Of a stretch of DNA of 64,000 nt, positions 11,601 to 25,675 are shown in pieces. The DNA is taken from NCBI GenBank assembly GCA_951406725.2, contig OX597816.1, forward strand, positions 130,386,001 through 130,450,000, written 5' to 3'. A program made the position numbers and the translations under genes. Under the pieces are notes generated by a model. It saw only the letters and a list, made by a program, of their open reading frames with translations. It did not search any database and was not told the DNA's origin. Position 1 is the first letter of the stretch, and each line of letters starts with the position of its first letter. This stretch comes from Octopus vulgaris. Its lineage: Eukaryota.

Positions 11601-14600
11601 TTACTTTGATATATTAAGCCTATTGTCACAATAATTTAATACTTTTACATTATATTTCTTTTGCAATAATTATAATTTTCTCCACATATTTTGCATCTTG
11701 AACTGTTTTTTTATTATTATTATTTACTCCTTTTATTCATTAGTATGTTGAATAAAATGTTTTGTGGCATTTCTTCTGATTCTTTACTTTCTGATTTCAA
11801 ATTCTGCTGAAGTTGACTTTGTTGTTCATCGTTTTGGGGATCAGTAAAATAAGTATCAGTTGAGCCCTGGGCTTAATGTAATTGTCTATAAACCCTTCTT
11901 CCTAAAATTGCTGGCCTTGTGCCAAAATTTAAAACCCTTATTTATTATTTAATATTTTTTTTATGCATTTACTAAATGTAATAAATTTAAAATTTAATTT
12001 CAAAATGAATATGTCCCAAACCTGTTAGGATTTTACATGAGGGTTAACTATTAAATAGTCTTTTTTCTTTTTTACTTGCTGAATTTGGAGGAATAAGTAG
12101 TGCTAATGGCTTTCAGAGGCCCTCCAGAACCAATGAGATTGATGCCATTAATATTCCTCTAAAATTTTTGTAAGTCAGTAACCATGGGAGAGACCTGACT
12201 AGGGAAGAAACTACTGATGGTTCACATTCTGTGAAGGAAGAACTGAGAATAGAGGTTAGTGTAGGCCTGTGAGGATTGGTCATAGTAAGAAATGAAGAGG
12301 AGATGAGTGGGTCAGGAATATCTGAGTGTAGGTGAATTGAATCTAGCCAGTTCTGAGGAACAGAGGCCATTATAGTACTTATGAGGTATTTTGTATAATG
12401 TTTTTTTTTTGTGATAGAATATCAAAATGGAATCAGCATAAGGATCAGTAGGAGGGCACGAAAAGGTATTTTTTATAGGATGACATTACAATTTTCTTGA
12501 ACATCTTTAGGTATCAATTGAGCTATCAAATGCATTCACAAGTAACTCTATATGCCATCAAAACAGGTTACATAGGTAAAATTTATCTATGAAGATAGTT
12601 TGTACTCTATAAATGGAATTATCAATCTTTAATTTGGAATGAATAGAAGTGTTGTTACTGTTGTTTAGCTTCATGTTGGCCCTGATCAAGCAGATTTATA
12701 ATCAAAGGCATTTTAGTAAGATTGTCTTTTATATTCTTTCTTTCCCTCAGTAACAGTGTACCTTGGACTACATTATCCAATATGCCTTATTTTTAAAGAT
12801 GTTAGGGTGTGGTTTGAAGAACATTTAGCTGTCATTTCTAGTTGGTCATATGACTATATAATGCCTTCATTGGTTTGTGGAAATGGTTACCATGTACAGA
12901 GGAAGAGAAAAACTAATTCTACTACATTGTGAAGTAATGTAACTAATGGTTTTGTACATTATTTACATTTGACAGATATGCCTGTGGGCATATGGCGTAG
13001 TGGTTAAGAGCGCAGGCTTCTAACCCCAAGATTCCAAGTTCGATTCCAATAATCATAATAATGATAACAACAACAACGGAAAATACCTTAGGAATGAGAA
13101 CCCAGGTTTGAAATTTCCCCAAGACACCTGAAGAAGGCTGGAGGGTATATCAGCCGAAACGTTGTGTTAACAACAAACAAGATGAGGACAAATATCTGTC
13201 AAATGTAAATTGTGTAAATAATGTACATAATTCCTCATCTCTTAAATATAGAACTGAATGGTTTTGTAGTATTAGAATAACAGTGAAATGATATTTGAAT
13301 GCTTAGGTACAATGATGAAATTAATATAATCTCTTTCTATCTAAAACTATTGTGAACATTCAAAATAGCTGTTGTTGCTGTTATTTAACCCTGGGTTAGG
13401 CTTGATTGTGCACATCTATGGTCAAGGCAATTTATACTTGACTATTCTTTCTGGGTACACTGCATCCAGAACAATTTTACCCTCTGTATCCATTTTTGTG
13501 TTTATACACCAATATATTCAGACTGGTGTTCTCTTCTTGATTGTTATTGTCACAGTGTTTCAGTTATTGTTCCATTGGCCTTCTTTAGGTGCTCATCACA
13601 TCTAGTAATATTTTCTAAACTTTGAATCAAATCTTCTGTTCAGTCCATTGGGTAGAGTGTTCTCATTCCGTTGTCCATACCAAGGATGTTGTTGTACAAT
13701 TACTCTCATGCTTTTGATGCCACTTGCTTGTTCCATATTGTGTGTGTGTATATCATCATCTGTCTCACAATGGATTACTGCTTTATGATATTCCTTTAGC
13801 TTTACAGTGACTGAAATGTTATGACTATAACAAAGAAAATAAGAACTATAGACTGAATATACAGCAGAGCATAATGATTATTTCTCATCTTAGATATTCT
13901 AACCAAAAAACAGTAGAGTGTATTTCAGTGAGATTTGGTTGCTGTTTCTAGCAGATTGACCAACCATATAGAAGTTCTCTCATTGACTCAAGATTCAAAG
14001 TAGTTGAGATGTTGTGTAAACCAGTCGATTTAGAAGAGGAAGATAGATTATTCTTCTGTTGTAAGATAGGCTGTATTAGAAAGTTATTACGTACAACAGT
14101 AAAACATTAGGTGGAATAAATTCCATTTGATTTCCACTTTAATTTTGCTGAACAAGTGAGTCCAAGAGTGGACTCAACTCATTAAGTGAAATTTGTTTTT
14201 TTAATTATAACTAGCAGTATCGCCCGTCGTTGCTCAGGTTTGTAAGGGAAATAACTATAAAGCATTTTTAGAGAGTTATAGCCAAAAAATAGCAAAAAAA
14301 TGATGGTAAATTTTTTTTGAGAGTTAAAAAGGTCGAGTTGCGTCCCCTAGACGGTCTGTGGTTTGGGTTTTTGATTCTCGACCCCATGTCGAATTTATCG
14401 ATCTTTTTCAGAACTGGGGGAACTTTTCAAAATTTTCGCTGCGTTAGTTTTGAATTATGACATTGGGCTATGTGTGTGTCAAGTTTCATCAGAATCGGTT
14501 GAAAGCCGTGGTCAGAGTGAGGGTACGAGAAAACAGACACACAGAAAACGCACAGACAAACTGCCGTTTATATAGAGAGAGAGATGAAAGGAAAGTGGCT

Positions 14601-17600
14601 AAGGTAGTTTGAGAATGGATAACATGAAATAGGTGCAGATGTCTTTTGAATTGGGGGTTGATGACAGCTGGTTCAGAGTTCAGGCACAAAATTTTGGTAG
14701 TTAAATCTGATCTCAGGAAGAGTAATCTAACAGAGCACAGAGGTAGGCAGATGGTATTAATAATATAAACTCAATTAACCCATTCCAATATGGAAAAATA
14801 TGTTTATACTGAGCATAAAATATTTTCTCTAGATTATCATTGTATTCATTTTGATATGGTTTAATTCAACAAACTTTGCAATGTAGATTCCATAACAAAG
14901 TGTTTTAGAATATTTTTTTCATTCTGTTTCTATGCCATCTAATTAGATTACAGCTCTAAAAACATGTTAATGTGTTATTTAGTTAAATTTCAAGATTGTA
15001 AGTTTTTTTTCTTCATTGATAAACTTCTAAAAAAGATTTATTATCAAAAACACTATGTGGAAGCTTTCTTGTTATTTTTATTATTATATATTTTCATTTC
15101 AAATATTTTCTTGGTTTAAGTAATCAACGACTGAAATAAACTATTTACCTGTTATTTTTATTTAATTATTCTTTTGATGTGGAGGCAGTCTTTGTTATGT
15201 TTTATTGAGAGGATTTCTCAGTTTGTTGTTAGAGGAAGTAACTTTACAGTTAACTGGAGGGTGTTACCCATTTACCAACAACCCCTGCACCAAACTGTTT
15301 AATGTTTGCAGGCTTTTCAGTTCAGAAGAGGTCAGACCTTTTGTTTGGTTTGAGTTTTTTTCCTTCTCTTTTTCAATGTTTTTAGCATGTTTTCTAAGAC
15401 TGAACTTAATACTGATTTCCCGTGTGAAATGTTAAACCTGTTTTGAATTGATTTTTGAGATTTGAACTCCAATTTTAGTGTTGCTGGGCGACAAAATGAG
15501 TTTTTAGTGTAAGTTGAAATTTTGGAGTTTATTTGTATGAAGTTTTGGTATAAATTCTTTGTCATTGTCTTTTACTATGATAAATTAGGTGGTGTTGATT
15601 TTAACCCAAGTTAGCTCTGATTGAGCAAACTTTGATCAAAGGCATTCTAGTAACAACCATCTTGTTTTCTATCCAGACAGAGTGTACCTAAGACTACATT
15701 TTCTAAAGTATCTTTATCTAAGATAATAAGGAATGAGTTGAAAGAAGTTTTACTTCTGTTTCTAACAGATCAAGTGAGCACACATGCAATGTCAGAGAGA
15801 TTAGGTGTTTTCTTATTGTTTGTCCCCAAGTCAGTTTTGTTTGAGCTGACCTGACCTGTGGTCAAAGGCATTTCATCCAAGACCATTCCATCTTTACCCT
15901 TGATGATACATCCAGGATCCAATTATCCAGTGCGTATTGTGTATTATAAGATGGTTGGATTTGAAGGAAATTTAGCTGCTATTTTTATTAACAAGGATGT
16001 TATTAGTTGTTAATTATGGTAGAATTTTTTTCAATTCATTCTTATTAAATTTCGTGAAGGTCCATGAAACAGATGCGTCTCCAGATGTTCTTGTAATAGT
16101 AATGTAAGACACAATTGTTGCTGTAGTTTTTATTACTGATAAAGTAGCTTTTAGTGAGCTATTTATGTTTATTAATATATTTATCATGTGAAATTATAGA
16201 AAATATTTATTTATTATAATTATTTAGAAAATTTTTATTTGCAGAATTAAATGACAAACATGATTTATTGTAGGCACAGCATAATGTAGTGAATAGTAAG
16301 TTTAATTCCAATTTGTTGCAATGATTTCACATTGGTAATCTCAATTTAAGTCCTATGAGAAATTTAATGGATTAATGACAAAAGTCTTTGATCTGTAGTT
16401 TGGGATTGCTATTTATTTTAGGTATTCACATTTCAGATGTTTTTAGAGGCCTCCATTGATCAAGGTTGATCATAAATCTGCACAACTATGTGTAGGCTTA
16501 GGCAAGATTTTTTTGAAGAAGAGTGGCAGTTTCTCATGTATGCAAATCTCTTCTCTCTCCACACCACCATTGTTTGTCCAAAAAATAGATTGCTGCCTGA
16601 GGCCAATACAGATTGGCTCCACTTATGTCAGAGTCAGAAAGTACACAATCAGAGCAGATACAAAAGGCATCTATCTTAACCCTTCAGTACTTCCACCAAT
16701 TAAATACTGTGGATCGAACCTTTTTTTTTAATTGACTTTGAAAGGACGAAAGACAAAGTTGACCATGGCAGGATTTGAACTTAGAGCATAGTTTATCAAA
16801 ACAGATGCTGTGAAACATTCCATCCGACACTCATAATTATGTAAATTTGTTGTACTCTATCTAAAATTAGTTGGTCATTAAACAACTAAAGTCAAATAAC
16901 TATTTATGAGCAGGATATTTAGAATATTTTGCATATTTCCTCAGCTCGTCTCCTTGATGGAGCTGCAGTCTTGGGTGAAGAAACGACCAAGACTGGGCAC
17001 CTGGCACCTAGAATGTTATCTGGTGCTCACAGCCCTTTATCAGTTGGGCAATGGGATTGGTGGATGTTCCGCTTTAGAAATTTATAGAGGATTACTGTCA
17101 GGGAAGTGTGACAGTATTCATGAGGAGAGTCTGGGTGCTGATGAGAATGAACTGGCTAGTCTGTTCCAGTGAACTTTCCAGTTGGGAACTATCATGGATA
17201 ATTTCTAGATGTCCTTGGCCTGGCAGTGCTACTGGGTGGGTGGGTGGGGGGCTCTACTGGTTTGAGATAGACTCTATAGGCACAGATGTGCTGTCAGACA
17301 GGATTGTTCGAGGTGTGCACAGAGTGATGAAAATATTCTGCATGGCCTTGTTCAGTGTCTGGGCATTGCTGATATGTGGGGTTATGTCGAACAGTTGCTG
17401 TCATGTGTGAGATGGATCCGTCTGTTGACCAAGTCTGTAGTGATGATTGCACTGTTGCTCTCCTTCAATTGGGCAGGCGAGGCAGTTTTCTTTTGCCTGG
17501 TGGCTGTGGTGAAAGAGGTTGTTTGGTGGACAAGGCTGAAAGGTATGAAGACAGATACGTTCCTCTTTGCTAGAGCTCTCATTGACTTCTTCAAGTTTCA

Positions 17601-18400
17601 CTTGAAAAGGAAATTGAGAATGAAGAGGGAAGTGCTGTCCTCGAGTGAGTTTACTGAAAGGTGGGTGAAAGTTGTGAAAATGGCAAGAGTGGATAGTGTA
17701 GACCTGTGAGTTGGAGAGAAGGAATTAGAGAGGGCACCTGCTCCTGGGGTTTCAGGGAAATCTCGGACAGTGGGGTTCCTCAATTATCCCTAGAGGCCTT
17801 CCTGTATCAGGAGGGCCACATCCCTATCATTCTCCCTGCCACTTTTTTTTTAACTTTTGTATGCTATGTCCTGTGTATTCTTTCTTTCTTTCATTTATTT
17901 TTTCATTATGTCTGTCTTTGCATTGTCCACCCCCCTCATCCTTTGCCCTTGTGGAAAATAAATGAAATCATCATCATTATTGTTATTAAGGCAGTGAGTT
18001 GACAGAATGTTTAGCAGCATTTCATCTGTCTTTACGTTCTGAGTTCAAATGTGGCTGGGGTTGACTGCCTTTCATCCTTTTGGGGGTTGATAGAATAAGT
18101 ATCAGTTGAGTACTGGGGTTGATGTAATCGGCTTACTCCTCCCCTGAAATTGCTGGCTTTGTGCCAAAATTTGAAATCATTATTATTAAGGCAATGAGCT
18201 GGCAGAATCATTAGCATGCCAAGCAAAATATTTTGCTGCATTTCATCCATCTTTACGTTCTAAGTTCAAATTCTGCCAAGGTTGACTTTGCCTTTCAAAC
18301 TTTTGGGGTTGATGAAATTAAGTACCAGTCAAGTACTGGGGTCGCTGTAATCAACTTATCCCCTCCCCAAATTTCAGGCCTTGTGCTTATAGTAGAAAGG

Positions 18401-18436
<36 letters not shown>

Positions 18437-19084
18437 TCTTGTATTTGTTGTCACTAATTACCTTTTTTTTGTTGTTTTCTAGTCTTTTGTTATCAAGTTG
18501 TGATTGGAATTTGGGTCACTATACCTGCATGGTAGTTCACAATTGCTTGGCTACCTTAATTAGCCAGCCAAATGCAGATATCCGTCCAATTGATGTTAAA
18601 GACCCACTCATGCAATCCCTTATTTTAGCTGTTATGGACATGCTCAAAAAAGAAGATTCAGAATGGGGGTAAGTAATTTTTGCAATTTTGTAGGCTTTTG
18701 TTACTTCATTTTATTGTAGCCCTGACTAAATAGACTTTTGATCAAAGATGTTTCAGCCATGCTCATCTTATGTTTTTGCTAAATGTGATGGCAGTTTCTT
18801 TGTGCCTGAAAATCATGAGGAAGAGCAGCATGCCCTCAAAGAGCTATATTTCTGTAAATGTAGACATGGTGTACCTGGTTCTTAGGTTGTGCATAAAAAT
18901 ATATATAAAGTTTAGTTGGTTGGTTTGTCAGACAGTTTGCAGTTGTTATGTATATCTATAATCAGTGCAAATAACAAGAAAATATAATGAAGGAAGAGAA
19001 CTTACAATGTTTTCTGAATGAGGAGAGATAAGCATTTGTGATGAGAGATATATAACGACCTTTTTGGCAGAGTTGAAATGACGT

Positions 19085-19130
<46 letters not shown>

Positions 19131-22100
19131 GAAGTGAACAAAGGACAAGACAGGTAATCTCGTTTACTTCCTGATAAATAGAGAAAAGGAAAATCGAATG
19201 GGGGAGAGGTCAGAATACAGCAACTGTATTGCATGGATAGTACAAAATACGAGAGAGAGCTGCATACGGATCAGACCGTTTACCACCTACCTTTGGGCAA
19301 TCAAGGTCTGGACATGAAATTCTTTGGGTATTATACCTTTTGTTACATAATTTCATCTTTGAATATTAATTCACTGATTGTACAATTTCTGTAGTTGCAT
19401 TCAGAAGTTCACCCCTTTTATACATAAGAATTTGCCTGATCGTAACACAGTTAAAAAAGCCATATCTTTTGAAGCATTATAAGCTGACAGTTTTGTTTTC
19501 ACCCTATTGACTTTTGTTAATCTGAGCACAAAATAAGGTGTGAAATAATCGTTTATCTTTTTCCCATCTTTAAAAAAAAGTTTGGCGTGATGCAATTACT
19601 TTTTCTTCATTGTTTAACTATTTTGGCATATCTTTGTAGAACTTTATGCTTCGTTGTATTTCTTCTACGATAATGTTTTATTGACTGTTATAGTTTCATC
19701 ACAGGAGGTCTTGTTGTTTAGTAATTCCAAACAAGGGGACCTCCTGTGATGCAGTTATTGTTCTAAATCTTGCCTATTAGTAGTAAAGTCTAAGTGAGGA
19801 TTATTAGGCTTTGCACTGAGGCTTCAAGTATTTCTTTGGCTTAAAAACTTCTGCTCAACTTCACCATTATTTCTTGTTCTTTTTGGTTTTTAAAATTATT
19901 GAAATGCCTAATTTGTGTGTGTGCATGCGTGCTGTACTAACTAAAGTTCCCTAGGTGATTCAGCAAAGAAAGTTTGCTCTTAAACACTGTGTAACTTAAT
20001 AAAAAAAGTTTTTCGGTGGTGCCAGTGTGTCCAATGAACTTGTCTAGTTGTTAACTGTTGAAAAAATTGTGTTGTAAAAGTTGTGTAAAAGTTAAAACAG
20101 GAAAGAATGGGAGTAACTTTTATATCCAAATGTGTGAGGATGTGTGGCCTTATGATGAGAGCATTGGGCTTTCAATTGTTTGGTTGTAGGTTCATTTCTC
20201 AGACCAGGTGCCATGTTGTGTCCTTGAGCAAGGCACTTCTTTTCATGTTGCTCCAGAACTTAGCTGAAAATGAGTACCTGTGGCATATAATGTTTCAGGT
20301 TACATATTAAAAGAAAATATTCCAACGGCCGTTTCTAGAAAATATTCCAATGGCTGTCTGGGTAAAAATAAATCTTAAAATTCATTTTCGGAGAATGTCT
20401 CCTTCATCAGGGGAAAAGTGATATTGACGGTAGATATGCATTCAGTGCAATGCCAAAGTATGAGGTAATTGCATGCTTTTATAGAAGAATAGATATAACT
20501 ATGCAAATAACGGGAATCTTTATGAGGGCTAATGGAGGTAAAAATTACATTATGTACTGAATTTATTGAAATTTATATTCAGCAATATACTGTTATGTGC
20601 AACAGGGTGTTAAGTTGTGCAATGGAAATTACTAAGGCTATTATTGAGTACATTCAGAGTCTCATGAAAGTACAATAGTATCTGTGATTATATGAATAAA
20701 TAGCATTGGAAAACTTATTTAATATACTAGACATAAGTTTCATGAACTACAAAATTTATGTTTATCTGTCCATTACATTTTTATGTTCGTTAACTCCTCC
20801 TAGACTGTTGTAGCAAGGACAACGAAACTGAGACCAGCAACTCCCCTAATTCCAGGGTATGTCTTAAGGAGAGGGAGGGTCTATTTTTTTAAGGGCCACC
20901 TAATTGGGGCCTCACTGATCCCCCTATTTTTACTGCATTTTAAACTAAATACATGGCATTGACGATCAAATCAGAGCAATGACAATGAATTTCATACCAT
21001 GAACTCCCAGGGAGTATCGTAAGGAGGTTCAATTTCTGAAGGGCCACTTATACATACACACGTACATGTGTGTGTACATGTTACTGTCATGATAGTTGTA
21101 AATATCACCATCAAACAAATGGAGTCCTTTGATTCCTAATCATCTATGATAACATGTCTCATTGTGGGGGAACATTACCTTGCTTTCACTGATAGGAAGG
21201 GTGTCTGGCTTTAGAAAGTTTGCCTCAACCAATTCCATCTGACCCATGCAAGCATGGAAAAGTAGATGTTAAATGATGGTGACGATATGCTGATAGCTAT
21301 ATCAGTGTGGAATGGCATAATCAATGCATCAAATGAAAAATACCTTGTAAAAGAATGTAATCAAGACAGAATCAAACATCCCATCTAGATGAACTTTGCT
21401 TTCAGTTCTATGAGGCTGATAAAATAAGTACCCGAGATTATAATTGAAAAATCCTGAAGGTGGTGTTGAAGTATGATTACAAACCAATGACTGGAATCAG
21501 TGAAAAAATGAAAGAATTCAGTACAGTGCTTGTGATTTCAATCCCAATCAAAATATGTCCCCAGAAAATGGAGGTGTCAATTGAAATAATGGATTAAAAA
21601 TAAAATCAAATATAGGATAAGATGAACTTAACAGTATCCTGAATAAATTTTATTATTCTATCTCTATATCTTAAAAAAATAAAGAATTCTTGCTTCTCTG
21701 TATTAATAAGTAATGAAGTATGTTGATATATTGATACATTTTGATGTATTTATCTTCTTTTTTCTTTTTATCTAAAGGATTTTTGTTCTGGAAGATTTTT
21801 TACTTGTTGAGGATTTCATCTCTGTGATGTATCCACAAATGGATAATGAACAGAAGTAAGTGAATATTCTGAAATTTAATACACTATTATGGTGTGTGTG
21901 TGTGTGTGTGTGCATGCCTTGTTGGCATGTATTTTTGTGTGTAAGCATACATGCATGTCCACATGTTTGTATGCTTAACTTCAGAATCTTTGGCCAAAAT
22001 ACTTTGTTGTGTTGCAGGCGTAGCTGTGTGGTTAATAAGTTTGCTTCCCAACCACATGGTTCCAGGTTCAGGGCAAATGTTTTCTACTATACCCCTGGGT

Positions 22101-25100
22101 CAGCCCAAGTCTTGTGAGTGGATTTGGTTGATGGAAACTGAAAGAGGCCTGTTGTGTGCGTGCGCTAAACATTGCAACAGTTGTATTCTTCTCTCTTTAT
22201 CAAATTGCTTTGTAAGGTGCTCTTGTTCATATCCCATTTTCTCTTCCATTATCCATTTCTTCTGTCTCATTCCATTCGATAGTGCTCAAAATCATAACAG
22301 TGGGAATCCTCACACATTAATATATGTTTTGTAGTTCATAAACATCCCATAAACTTAGCTGCTACAGCTTCTTTTCCTCTTCACTAACAGTTACTTTGTT
22401 ATTTTTAGTTGTCTGTAATATTTTCTTGTCGCTTTTGAACATACCCCATATAAATAAGATAGGCTGAAGGAGGGTAGACTTTTAAATTTCTGATCTTTGT
22501 TTATGCTTAATATACTTTCAGCCCAGGTTGGAACCCAGCCAGAATATTGAATAATATACTTTTGTTTCTTATACTTTGTTCTTATAGATATCTAGCCCTT
22601 TAGCATTCAGATTACCTTGTTAAATATAATGCTTATTTATTCACATTGTTTTGAATTAATCATACATTATCTTGTAACTTTGTGATTTCAATGATGTGAT
22701 GGTATATTTTTAAAATGACATTGTAAGGTAGATGTGAGAGACTATATCTGACAAGTTTGAGCATGAAACAGGTAGATTGTTTGGGTTGGATATGGCATAT
22801 TTTAAATGCTAAAAGGTATATTGTATTCTCTCTAACCTGTTTTCTATCTTTAGGCTTTTGGTTTTGGATGTAATGGCAAACCAGCTACAAAGACCATGTG
22901 AAGAAAACAAGGATTTTCAGGATTATTCTCCTCAAATTTGTGAATCTAATCTTTTGTATTTGGCTAAAGATTTTAAAGAAATGTCCAATATTCTACTGTC
23001 TTTAGGGGATTCTGATACTGTTGATGGTAAAGAAATGGTAAATATGAATTCCTATATGCTTATTGCTCCCTGTAAAGCTAAGTCTAAATAGGTATGCATT
23101 TCTTAACTCAGTTAAAATTACTTATATTGTATATACAGATGTCCATTAGGAAACTGATCTATATGATAATTTTATAGTTACGACTATTGTCTATATTTTA
23201 CAAGTATAATACAACACGTTGTTCTTATTTTATATGAATAAGTTTTTCTTAAAATGAGAGTTGGAATTAGAATTTAGTTGTAGACTTCTTCCAGAGGACA
23301 GATGTTATATCATAGTAGAAATACAGTTTTAGGCTTATTTGGTGTGTAATTGAAAGTTGTTAAATATGATACTGAAAAGTAAAAATTGCAAACAAATATG
23401 ACTGTAGAAAGATAAAAAAGAATATTTATGAATTTACAGGTGAGAAATTTGAAGAAATAAGATGTCTGATGTTACAAAATAGAAATAATTCTATAGTTTT
23501 AGAAAGGTATAGTTATAGAGTAATATTGAAAACATTCAGATATTTTTTGTTTATTTTATTTGATTTCTTTTTACATGTTTGGTTGGGAGGAAGAGACTGT
23601 GTCTGTGATTTTTGTAGGCCTTTCAGAATCAGTGTAATTGATCCTTTAATGTTTCTCTTGAACATATGCAAGTCAGCACTTAAAATTCTAGAAGGTCAAT
23701 GTTCTGCGAAGGATAGACTAAATATGATATGAAGGTCCTAGGATATTGGTTATAACAAAGATGATGAAAGGAGGAGAGATGAGGGGGCAGGAATTCCTGA
23801 GGGGAAGTGTATGAGCCCAACTAGCTCTAAGGAGCTGAGGCCACTATAGAATAGTAGAAATGGCAGAGAGAAAATATAGTGCACTTTTAAGCCAGAGAGT
23901 GGAGCATGACTGAGTGATTTTATGCCAGTCACTCAGGTGTGTCATTGTTGGATGTGATGCAGCAGCAACATCACTGTTTCAAACGTGAGAGTAATACTTC
24001 ATTGTGGGCCTTGCATGAGTTTTATAGTATCAATAATTATTGGGTACTGAAGAGAAGGGCCAATCATTAGGATGCTTGAACTGTAGTTAAATACTGCTCA
24101 TGACTAAGAGTGTGTTTTGTTGCTTTTGAATGAGACAAGGTTGGCATATTCTTATTAGAGGTTGTTATTGCAAAAATTAGATTATTGTAAATAGAAAAAT
24201 CTCTAGAAACATTTCAAGAAACTAGTATGAAGAAAGAAGTTTAACCTCACCAGTTTTACTTTCACAATAAAGAAATATAATTTTGTTTACTCTAGTTTAA
24301 AGCAGAAATATTTGTTCTATCATTTAAAAAAATTATGAGATTTAGATAATTATATATTCTATTCAAAACAACAGTTGTTATGAATGTCAGATTTTGTGTT
24401 ATCATAGAGGTTAACTTAAAAAGATGCTGATTTCCAGAATATCATTTTACTCAGTAAAAGAAACCTTATGTTTTAGATGCAAATTTAGCTGTTATGATGA
24501 TGTGTTGGATAAAGGTTGTTAAAATCCCTCGTGCTAAGAAGTTTAACTGGAAAGGTTCTGTTTAAGTATATAGAATTGCTGAAATATGTTCAGGTAAATA
24601 TAGTAGAATGAGATAAGATTTTAACACCTATTCCAATATGGAGCATCTGATTTTAATATGTTGATTGGCTGTAAATTATTTAAGGATATTACAGCCTTGA
24701 AATATGAGTGGAATACTAAATCTAAGAGTATAGTTTTACTTTAACACTTAATATTCATGAGAAATTTTATTTAGTAATGTAATAATAATAAATTTATTGT
24801 TTAGCTTGGGAGCATTTGCTATTGCAATTTATGTTAAAGTTGATTAATATATGGACAGGAGAAAAGGGAATATTAATATAAAGGTACTATAAATCTTGTG
24901 GACCACACATGAAGTTTGTTTACATTTTTTTCATATTAGAAAAAAGGAAATAATAATATCCAATTTTTATCATATATTAAGTTGTTTTTAATAACCTTTA
25001 TTGAAAATTTTTCTCAAGGAGGGTACCAGAATACAGACCCTCTTGTAAAAATAGTCTAAAATATGGTATATGTTTCTCTCTAATAATTTGCTGACAGAAA

Positions 25101-25631
25101 GCATTTAACAGAGCATTTCTATATTTAAATATGGGTTCAATTTATGCAGATGAAGAGGAGGCTTAAATAATCTGGTGGTAAAGAACTATACTAAATAGTT
25201 TATTGCTATACTTTATTACAGAATATATCTATAAATTTTAGCCAACACAGTATATAATAGACATGTAATTGTCTTGTCTTTATCTATATATATATAAAGA
25301 TGAGAATGTGTGTGTCTATCTGTGTGAATCCCTAAAACTCAAGAACTGCACAACTAATTTCATTCAAATTTTACACATTTTGGGTCCATGCAGTATCATG
25401 GGCCAAAAAAATTTTCATCTTCCTGCCTATTGCGAGCCCAGAGCAATCTCTTATCATTTACACTATTTCAGTATTACGTGTCAAAAGTGAAACGATAACA
25501 TCTTTCTATTGTAATGTGAGATACTTTCAGTTTAATACTTTCACTATTAATACCAAAACTATTAAAGTGAACCTATTATTTCACATATATCTCACACATA
25601 CATTATATATATGTATACATTTGTACATATG

Positions 25632-25675
<44 letters not shown>

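Noticed and set aside
12987-13050. tRNA gene
   Set aside because: A and B boxes are present but the cloverleaf is incomplete, and the anticodon differs between copies (TCT versus ACT). It is a SINE head.
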